A model generated the notes under the pieces. That model saw nothing but the letters and a program-made list of their open reading frames with translations. It did not search any database and was not told the origin of the DNA. Of a DNA stretch of 30,506 bases, positions 8,017-14,892 are shown piece after piece; within the stretch, counting starts at the first letter, position 1, and every line of letters begins with the position of its first letter. The position numbers and the translations under genes are program-made. The stretch comes from Candidatus Altarchaeum sp. (lineage in GTDB: Archaea; Altiarchaeota; Altiarchaeia; Altiarchaeales; Altiarchaeaceae), in NCBI GenBank assembly GCA_018260615.1, contig JAGWDQ010000068.1, positions 31,236 to 61,741 on the forward strand. Reading direction: 5' to 3'.

Positions 8017-9138
8017 ATGGTCACAGATATTGAGGAAGAAGAAAAGGAAGTGGAAATTTATCGCATAAGAAAGTTATTGCAGAACTTAAAAAAAATAAGA
8101 GGGCAGCATACTGCTTTAGTATCCTTTTATATTCCAAGCGGATACAGCATTATCCAGGCATTACAGCAAATTCAACAGGAACAATTTACCGCTGAGAATA
8201 TCAAATCAAGGGTTAACAGGAAAAATGTTACGGATGCACTTGAAAAGACCGCCCAGCATTTAAAATTATTCAAGGTAACGCCCCCGCACGGACTCATTGT
8301 TTTTTGCGGGAATGTATCCGAGATTGAGAGCATTCAAAATATAAAAATATGGAGTTTGGAACCGCCGCAGCCATTAACAATAAAACTTTACCGGTGTGAT
8401 CAGGAATTTATAACCCAGCCGCTGGAAGATATTGTCTCGGTAAAAGATATTTACGGACTGATTGTCATTGATAATAACGAAGCAACGATTGGAATTTTAA
8501 AAGGAGGCAGTTATTCTGTTTTGAAGACAAAGGAATCAGGATATCATGGAAAACACAGAGCCGGAGGGCAATCAGCAAGAAGATATGAACGATTAATTGA
8601 GGAGCAAAGCCATAATTTTAAAAAGTTTATCGGGGACTCGGCAACACAAATTTTCCTGCCTATGTTAAAGGAACTAAAAGGCATAATTATCGGAGGTCCA
8701 GGTGCGACAAAGCTTGAATTCATAGATGAAGGAGGTATGCATCACGAGTTAAAAAAGAAAATCATAGCAGTAAAGGATATAAGTTATACTGATGAGTCGG
8801 GAATCAGGGAATTAATCCAGGTTTCTGAAAGCGATTTGAAGGAAGTGCAAATGGTCAGACAACAGCGCATGATGGCAAGATTTATGCTCGGATTGGTTAA
8901 AGATACGGAACCGGTAAGTTACGGAGAGGAAGCAAAAAAACATCTGGATAGGGGCGTTGTGGACATTTTACTTTTATCAGAGGAGATAGGCGATGAAGAA
9001 ATTGACCGGCTTTATGAAATTGCAAAGAAAAGTAAAACAAGAGTTGAATTAATGCCAACAACTTATGAAGAGGGATTTCAGCTTTATCATACATTCGGAG
9101 GAGTCGGAGCGATATTAAGATACAGGGTTAGCGAATGA
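8017..9138 (+). CDS. prf1: Peptide chain release factor aRF1
   Basis: NIKS, YRCDQEF (YxCxxxF) and HRAGGQS (GGQ) motifs. Confidence 0.97.
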   Translation: MVTDIEEEEKEVEIYRIRKLLQNLKKIRGQHTALVSFYIPSGYSIIQALQQIQQEQFTAENIKSRVNRKNVTDALEKTAQHLKLFKVTPPHGLIVFCGNVSEIESIQNIKIWSLEPPQPLTIKLYRCDQEFITQPLEDIVSVKDIYGLIVIDNNEATIGILKGGSYSVLKTKESGYHGKHRAGGQSARRYERLIEEQSHNFKKFIGDSATQIFLPMLKELKGIIIGGPGATKLEFIDEGGMHHELKKKIIAVKDISYTDESGIRELIQVSESDLKEVQMVRQQRMMARFMLGLVKDTEPVSYGEEAKKHLDRGVVDILLLSEEIGDEEIDRLYEIAKKSKTRVELMPTTYEEGFQLYHTFGGVGAILRYRVSE

Positions 9139-9173
9139 ATAAATTTATAGTGGAAAGAAGATAAAATTTATTC

Positions 9174-9265
9174 CTTTGTGAAAATACGCTCACTGTTGTT
9201 CCACTCACTTCTTTCGTGTCTTTTCAAAACCTTTGCGAGTTTGAAAATGAGTGCTGAAAATTTAA
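9174..9265. repeat. Copy of the REP-like element
   Basis: CGCTCACTGTTGTTCCACTCACTTCTTTCGTGTCTTTTCAAAACCTTTGCGAGTTTGAAAAT (9187-9248) matches modules of 1520-1778. It is preceded by ATTTATTC at 9166-9173. Confidence 0.8.
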
Positions 9266-9307
9266 ATTTTATGCTGTGAAATTTATGTATTTTTATAAAA
9301 TTTCCCT

Positions 9308-9367
9308 GTTTTTAACTTGTTAAAAACGTTAGAACAGAGTGATGTTAATTTAAGAACATAATCTTAA
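9308..9367. promoter_or_regulatory. Candidate operator palindromes upstream of the CDF transporter
   Basis: GTTTTTAAC-tt-GTTAAAAAC (9308-9327) and TTAAGA-N6-TCTTAA (9350-9367). In AT-rich DNA these could be chance. Confidence 0.25.
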
Positions 9368-9388
9368 TTTAAAAATTGATAAATTAAG

Positions 9389-10312
9389 ATGAAAACCATT
9401 CACAGCAACACCGACAGGGAAAAAATCCGCGCAGCAAATGTATCAATTACCTCAAATTTAATTTTGACTTTGCTTAAATTTATTGTTGGTATTTTAACTG
9501 GTGCAGTGAGTATAATTTCAGAGGCAATACACTCATTAAATGATTTGCTCGCTTCCCTGATTGCAAGATATGCAGTTGGCCAGTCATCCAAACCACCGGA
9601 CGAAGAACACCGCTACGGACATGGAAAGATAGAGGATGTTTCAGCACTTATTGAAGGAATGCTTATACTTTTTGCAGTAATATTTATCCTTTACGAATCA
9701 ATCGGCAGAATTATAAGCGGAAAATTTGAAATAGAGATTATTGAGTGGGGAATTGTCGTTATGCTGATTGCTGCGGTTGCAAATTTTTTTGTTTCCCAAT
9801 ATCTTCATCTTGTGGCAAAGAAAACGAATTCATCTGCACTTGAAGCGGACGCATTACATTTGAGGACTGACATATATACTTCATTGGGTGTATTTCTCGG
9901 ATTAATTGTTGTAAAATTTACCGGAATTTTGATTCTTGATTCAATAATTGCAATTGGAGTGGCAATACTTATAGTTAGAGCGGCTGTTAAAATGATACTG
10001 AAATCAGGTAAAAATTTAATGGACATAAAATTGCCAAAAAGCGAGGAAGATAAAATTATAGCAATACTGGACTCTCACAGGGAAAAATTTATTGACTATC
10101 ATAAACTGAGAACACGAAGTTCGGGAGCAGAAAAGTATATTGATGTACATATCGTATTCCCTAAACAGACAAGTGTTGAGGACTCACATAACCTTGCGGG
10201 ACATATTAAGAGCGATATAATTGAAAAAATCGGAAAAATCAATGTAATAGTTCATATTGAGCCGTGTAACGGGAAATGTGAAATTTGTGAAAATAAAGGT
10301 AAATGTAATTGA
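9389..10312 (+). CDS. Cation diffusion facilitator (FieF/CzcD-like) metal efflux transporter
   Basis: SEAIHSLND, PPDEEHRYGHGKIE, ADALHLRTD and a C-terminal dimerisation domain (LRTRSSG...VHIEP). Confidence 0.93.
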   Translation: MKTIHSNTDREKIRAANVSITSNLILTLLKFIVGILTGAVSIISEAIHSLNDLLASLIARYAVGQSSKPPDEEHRYGHGKIEDVSALIEGMLILFAVIFILYESIGRIISGKFEIEIIEWGIVVMLIAAVANFFVSQYLHLVAKKTNSSALEADALHLRTDIYTSLGVFLGLIVVKFTGILILDSIIAIGVAILIVRAAVKMILKSGKNLMDIKLPKSEEDKIIAILDSHREKFIDYHKLRTRSSGAEKYIDVHIVFPKQTSVEDSHNLAGHIKSDIIEKIGKINVIVHIEPCNGKCEICENKGKCN

Positions 10313-10331
10313 AAATTATTTAAATTTATTC

Positions 10332-10429
10332 GTAACTATTCAGCCACCCAAAAAAATAGCGGTAAATTTTCATTTTTGTATTTTTTTCGAAAATTTCAGA
10401 GGTAAATTTGACACCCTCTGAATAGTTAC
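10332..10429. mobile_element. 98-bp MITE-like element with a 12-bp perfect TIR and 8-bp flanking direct repeats
   Basis: GTAACTATTCAG (10332-10343) and CTGAATAGTTAC (10418-10429). ATTTATTC at 10324-10331 and 10430-10437. No coding capacity; it sits between convergent genes. Confidence 0.85.
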
Positions 10430-10438
10430 ATTTATTCA

Positions 10439-11482
10439 TTATTTGGGAATTGACTTTTTTGTCTTAATATATCTTCTAATTCCATAACCTAATGCAATTA
10501 AAACAAGTATTCCTGCTCCTGTTAAAAGTCCGGTATCAATTCCTGTGTTTGTTGGCTGAACTGCATTTGGTATATCTGTTTGGTTATTGACACAATCTGG
10601 ATCGTCTCCTTTACAATCTGTATTACATTTCCCATCTTTACCACAGCGCGGACAATCTTTCGGGCATGTTCGGTAATTCTCATCTGGAAAATTGCATTTG
10701 CCATCGCCACATATTGTTTCGTTTGAGATTTCAGCACAATCCGGATCCATTTTTATGGCAGATTCACCGTACTTTTCTTTACAATCCGGATCACATTTTC
10801 CGTCTTTAATCCTATCACAAAAGTTATCATAACCTCCTGACGGACAATCTTTCGGGCAGGTCTCATAATTCTCATTTGGAAAATTGCATTTGCCATCGCC
10901 GCAGATTGTTTCGTTTGATATTTCTGCACAATCCGGATCCATTTTTATAGCGGATTCACCATACTTTTCTTTGCAGTCCGGATCACATTTTCCGTCTTTA
11001 ATTCCATCACAAAAGTTATCATAGCTGCCTGATGGGCAATCTTTCGGACATGTCCCATAATTCTCGGGCATGCCGCAGATTCCGTCTCCACAGATGGTCT
11101 CTCTAAATGACAAATTCATCAGGTCCGTCACTTCTACCTCTGTTCCGTTTTCCAATATGCAGACAGCACATTCATCAGTCAAAAATTTTCTGCATTTATC
11201 CCTGTCTCTTATCGTCTTTATTCCATATCCTTTTTGCTTACAATAACTATATTCCTGAGCAATCTTTCCTTTAAGAAATTCCCATGCATCCACCACTGTC
11301 TTATTATCCAGCTCACATAATCCGTGCTGTCCTTCTTTTGTATCTTCTATCACATAAGTGTAGTTGAGACCTTCACAATAAACAGCAGATGGATTTTTCA
11401 TTGCAAAAGTTGAATTTAAAATCAATGCTGCAAACGCCCCCATAAATGCCAAAATACATAAATTTTTTAAATTTTTGCCCAT
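10439..11482 (-). CDS. Secreted, membrane-anchored Cys-rich protein with DUF333-like domain(s) and CGDGxC repeats
   Basis: Signal peptide from MGKNLK (ATG 11482; an alternative in-frame ATG lies at 11521), NPSAVYC (DUF333-like), three CGDGxC...ENYxTCPKDC repeats, and a C-terminal TM helix with a basic tail. Confidence 0.8.
   Translation of the reverse strand: MGKNLKNLCILAFMGAFAALILNSTFAMKNPSAVYCEGLNYTYVIEDTKEGQHGLCELDNKTVVDAWEFLKGKIAQEYSYCKQKGYGIKTIRDRDKCRKFLTDECAVCILENGTEVEVTDLMNLSFRETICGDGICGMPENYGTCPKDCPSGSYDNFCDGIKDGKCDPDCKEKYGESAIKMDPDCAEISNETICGDGKCNFPNENYETCPKDCPSGGYDNFCDRIKDGKCDPDCKEKYGESAIKMDPDCAEISNETICGDGKCNFPDENYRTCPKDCPRCGKDGKCNTDCKGDDPDCVNNQTDIPNAVQPTNTGIDTGLLTGAGILVLIALGYGIRRYIKTKKSIPK
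10650..11100 (-). repeat. Intragenic ~192-bp tandem repeat (63-64 aa), about 2.4 units
   Basis: ETICGDG...CDPDCKEKYGESAIKMDPDCAEISN occurs twice in full plus a partial third. The DNA copies differ mainly at synonymous sites. Confidence 0.9.
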
Positions 11483-11533
11483 TTTAAAATTGTTTGAAAT
11501 GTCCAAACGAAGTGAGGTCATTTTAAAATTGTT
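11480..11533. repeat. 24-nt REP-like core flanked by a 15-bp direct repeat that includes a start codon
   Basis: CATTTTAAAATTGTT at 11480-11494 and 11519-11533. The core TGAAATGTCCAAACGAAGTGAGGT is, in reverse complement, similar to ACCTCACTTCG at 1684. Confidence 0.75.
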
Positions 11534-11558
11534 AAATTTTATTCTTTTCAATTTAAAT

Positions 11559-12314
11559 TTATTTTTTTTTCATTCCGCCAACATCAAATAAATAGTCATA
11601 AGTGACTAATGAATGAGTATGGGGTATTTTGCTATATCCGTCATATCCTATTCCGGTTCCCCAACTATTTTTGATTATCCAGACATTCTCATCATCATCC
11701 CATCCGACCAAAACAACGCAATGAAGATCACTTCCAACATATCCACATGTAATAAGAGGACCATTGCAAACAAGTTCTTTTTTTATGTTGTTGGTAGTAA
11801 TATAAACCCGCTCATAATTAGAGAGATTCCACGTTTTATTTGCCCAATCCAAACACCTTTCATTACAGGCACAATCGCTTTTTTTGTAAGGAAAACACAG
11901 CTCGTCTGAAACGCCGTTGCTTCTTACATACTCTAATGCGTCTGCCGGCCAACCACCATTACAATTTCCCCCATTAAAACAATCAGATACAAGATATTGT
12001 TCCGAAAGATCCAAATTCAAAGAGGAATTATTATTTTCAATCTTGTATTTGGACTCTATTGCTCCGACAGAAGCAAACGCCCAGCAGGAACCACAATTCC
12101 CCTGATCTTTTACAGATGTGAGCCAGTTTCCTCCGCAGTCACGCCAGTCAAATTTAGATGGCAATGAAGAAGTATTTAAAGCAGCATTACTACATATTTC
12201 AGTATAATTGCAGGATTTAGGCGTAGACGGATAGATACACCCACTAAAATAGATTACAGATACAATAAAAAATCCAGCAACAGCAAATTTCCATAATTTA
12301 TTTTTCTGCTTCAT
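11559..12314 (-). CDS. Papain-family (C1A) cysteine protease, putative lipoprotein, no propeptide
   Basis: LPSKFDWRD, QGNCGSCWAFA (Gln/Cys), LSEQYLVSDC, LHCVVLVGW (His) and IKNSWG (Asn). N-terminal hydrophobic stretch ending in the lipobox-like FSGC. Confidence 0.93.
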   Translation of the reverse strand: MKQKNKLWKFAVAGFFIVSVIYFSGCIYPSTPKSCNYTEICSNAALNTSSLPSKFDWRDCGGNWLTSVKDQGNCGSCWAFASVGAIESKYKIENNNSSLNLDLSEQYLVSDCFNGGNCNGGWPADALEYVRSNGVSDELCFPYKKSDCACNERCLDWANKTWNLSNYERVYITTNNIKKELVCNGPLITCGYVGSDLHCVVLVGWDDDENVWIIKNSWGTGIGYDGYSKIPHTHSLVTYDYLFDVGGMKKK

Positions 12315-12343
12315 TTTGTTAATTTAATAAATTTGTTGGTTAA

Positions 12344-12415
12344 TGGACTCGTCGGGATTCGCACCCGAGGTCTCTTCCACGCCAAGGAAGCACGATACTG
12401 CTACGCTACGAGCCC
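12344..12415 (-). tRNA. tRNA-Ala(GGC)
   Basis: GGGCTCG...CGAGTCC-A acceptor with G3:U70, anticodon arm CTTCC-TTGGCGT-GGAAG and T arm TCGGG-TGCGAAT-CCCGA. No encoded CCA and no intron. Confidence 0.93.
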
Positions 12416-12428
12416 AAAAATTTGTTTT

Positions 12429-12511
12429 CGCTGAGGCAGGGATTCGAACCCTGGAGCCCTCGCGGGCACAGACTTAGCAGGCCTGCGCGATAACCACTCT
12501 GCCACCTCAGC
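12429..12511 (-). tRNA. tRNA-Ser(GCT)
   Basis: GCTGAGG...CCTCAGC-G acceptor, anticodon loop CTGCTAA, long variable arm (GCCC-GCGA-GGGC) and a canonical TTCGAAT T-loop. Confidence 0.97.
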
Positions 12512-12522
12512 ACTTGGTAAAT

Positions 12523-12550
12523 TTAAAGATAAAATTTATAATATCTTTAA
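12523..12550 (-). promoter_or_regulatory. Probable TATA box for the tRNA-Ser/tRNA-Ala pair
   Basis: TTATAAA on the minus strand at about -30 to -24 from tRNA-Ser G1, inside the inverted repeat TTAAAGATA/TATCTTTAA. Confidence 0.4.
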
Positions 12551-12594
12551 TTTCATAATAATTACAATTTCATTAAAATTTAATAATGATAAAT

Positions 12595-13677
12595 TTAAAG
12601 CATTGCCTTGAACTCATCAAAAATATGCCCCAAACAGTAAGGTCGGGGGTGTGCTTCGGGATGATACTGAACACTAAACATCCTTAAATTCTTACTTTTC
12701 AGTCCCTCAACGGAATTATCATTTAAATTTATCTGTGTTACCTCCAAATTTGCATCCTTTGCACTTTCCGCATTCACCGCAAATCCGTGATTTTGTGAGG
12801 TTATGTAGCATCTTCCTGTTCTTAAATCCTTCACCGGCTGATTGCCTCCGCGATGTCCGAATTTCAGTTTATATGTATCCGCTCCTGAAGCCAGTGCCAA
12901 AATCTGATGTCCCAGACATATCCCAAACAAAGGTATTTTTTCTTTCATTAACTCCTGAACTGTTTTTATTACATAGTTGGCTTTTTTCGGATCGCCGGGA
13001 CCATTTGAGATTATAATTCCGTCCGGCTCATAATCAAAAATTTGAGCCGCACTAAAATTTGCAGGCACCTTTATTAAATTTAAATTTCGCTCTGTGATAT
13101 TTTTGGCGATACTTTCCTTTTCTCCGCAGTCAATCATCACAACCGTCTTCTTTGCCCCGTCAACTTTATAAATTTTTGGCTCTTTTATTGTTACCATATT
13201 CACGAGGTCATATTCCGAAATGCCAGCAATTTTCTTTGCTTTTTCTTTTAATTCCTCAATCTCGCATTCGTCATAAGGAAATTTTAAAATTCCGTTCATA
13301 ACCCCAAAATTTCTCAACTTTCTCGTTAAAGCTCTTGTATCAACGCCCTCAATTCCCGTAATGTTGCGTTCTTCAAAAAATTTATTGATGGTTTTTTTCA
13401 TAAACGAATGTAATGGTTTTTGACACGCTTCTTTAACAACAACCCCGCTGACATGCACATTATCCGACTCAAAGTCGGTCTCGTTTATTCCGTAATTTCC
13501 GAGCAATGGATAAGTAAAGGTTAAAATCTGGTGTTTATAACTCGGGTCGCTTAAGGCCTCCTGATACCCTGTCATTGATGTATTAAACACTACTTCTCCC
13601 TCTTTGTTGCCCGAACATCCGAATCCCTCGCCTTTTATTACTGTTCCGTCTGCCAAAACAAGCACTGCATTTGACAT
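12595..13677 (-). CDS. carA: Carbamoyl-phosphate synthase small subunit
   Basis: GEVVFNTSMTGYQEALSDPSY, SNGPGDP, GICLGHQ (Cys nucleophile), TSQNHGFAV and QYHPE. Confidence 0.97.
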   Translation of the reverse strand: MSNAVLVLADGTVIKGEGFGCSGNKEGEVVFNTSMTGYQEALSDPSYKHQILTFTYPLLGNYGINETDFESDNVHVSGVVVKEACQKPLHSFMKKTINKFFEERNITGIEGVDTRALTRKLRNFGVMNGILKFPYDECEIEELKEKAKKIAGISEYDLVNMVTIKEPKIYKVDGAKKTVVMIDCGEKESIAKNITERNLNLIKVPANFSAAQIFDYEPDGIIISNGPGDPKKANYVIKTVQELMKEKIPLFGICLGHQILALASGADTYKLKFGHRGGNQPVKDLRTGRCYITSQNHGFAVNAESAKDANLEVTQINLNDNSVEGLKSKNLRMFSVQYHPEAHPRPYCLGHIFDEFKAML

Positions 13678-13735
13678 TTTAAAATTTTATGTTAAATTAA
13701 AATTTGAAAATTTAATTCTTAATAAATTCTTAATA

Positions 13736-14809
13736 TTATGTTTCCAGAATTTTTAAAATTTCATCATAATTTTCCATATCTTCTCTTAAATTTTTCCTGA
13801 CAATTTCTTTTACTTCCCCACTTTGACTGTATGCTAAATTTTCCAAAATCACGGCTAAATTTTTTATGTTTTCAAAGTTTTTATCCGTGATTTTAGCGAT
13901 GCTCTTTGCAATATTTTCATTCATAGACCTTGAAAACCTTTCAACAAAATTTTGTGCGATACTTATTTTTGTATATTCATTTTTATTGCATTTTTCAAGA
14001 CAAACAGCAACCCTGACAATAAAATCAATGTCCGCTTCTTCGTTCTCCGCTTCTATTTTTAATGTATTTTCTATCAGTAAATTTATTGCGTCTGTCTTAT
14101 TTTCTATTCTGTTAAAATATTCACCTATAAAGTCCGCTAATTCGGTCTTTACATCAAGAGCACAGCATCCCATTCCCAATGCATTGTTAGCTATGGATTT
14201 TGCCAGTCCAACATTTGTTTTTAAATCACTTTTTGCAATTATTACAATTGCCTGTTCTATGATATAAGGAGAAATTTTTTCAAAATTATCCTTCATAATT
14301 CTGAGCAGTTTCATTGCATGAGCACAACTACAATTGCCATAATTGTCCGCCTTTAAAAATTTTTCAAAAACATCACCCGGATTTAAAAATTTAAATAAAT
14401 TTTGCCTGAAAGCATATAATGCGGCATCCCGGACATATTCATCTGCATCTTCTGAAAATTTTCCTATTATAACTGCGGATACACTAAATTGAGCAAAATT
14501 TTCACTCAATCCCTCAGCTATTGCCAACCTTGTACTCTTATCGCCGGCCGCTAATTTAAGTAACTCTTCATCGCTTATTCGTTTATTTTTCAAATCATCT
14601 TTTAACTGGAATGTTTCTTTTTCCCGTTCCTCATCAGATGTCCATTTAGCTCTAAATTTTCTTTCAACAAATATTATTAATGCCAAAGCCAAAAGCAGAT
14701 ATATGGGCCAAAAATCGGGAAGGATAATTAAAAGCAAAGCAAATACCAAAATTGCAATAATTGAAATTAACTGTAAGCCCTTTTTATCTTCCAACAAATT
14801 TTCAATCAT
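13736..14809 (-). CDS. Membrane-anchored alpha-helical (HEAT/ARM-like) repeat protein, hypothetical
   Basis: Two N-terminal hydrophobic helices. Segments such as DADEYVRDAALYAF and SQSGEVKEIVRKNL resemble HEAT repeats. Confidence 0.6.
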   Translation of the reverse strand: MIENLLEDKKGLQLISIIAILVFALLLIILPDFWPIYLLLALALIIFVERKFRAKWTSDEEREKETFQLKDDLKNKRISDEELLKLAAGDKSTRLAIAEGLSENFAQFSVSAVIIGKFSEDADEYVRDAALYAFRQNLFKFLNPGDVFEKFLKADNYGNCSCAHAMKLLRIMKDNFEKISPYIIEQAIVIIAKSDLKTNVGLAKSIANNALGMGCCALDVKTELADFIGEYFNRIENKTDAINLLIENTLKIEAENEEADIDFIVRVAVCLEKCNKNEYTKISIAQNFVERFSRSMNENIAKSIAKITDKNFENIKNLAVILENLAYSQSGEVKEIVRKNLREDMENYDEILKILET

Positions 14810-14892
14810 CTTTTAATCAAATTTTAATTTAATTATGAATTATAATTTAACACATATTATTTAACTTTAAATTTAACTTTAAAAAATTTAAA

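Noticed and set aside
7095-8020. TAAAGATGG at both the DUF1016 copy 1 start (7095-7103) and the prf1 start (8012-8020) as a target-site duplication
   Set aside because: It is equally explained by a shared translation-initiation context; AAAGATG precedes other genes here. No terminal inverted repeats are present.
12595-12660. Divergent CarA C-terminus (HPRPYCLGHIF) as a possible frameshift
   Set aside because: The frame resumes the conserved IFDEF ending without a shift, so this is ordinary divergence.
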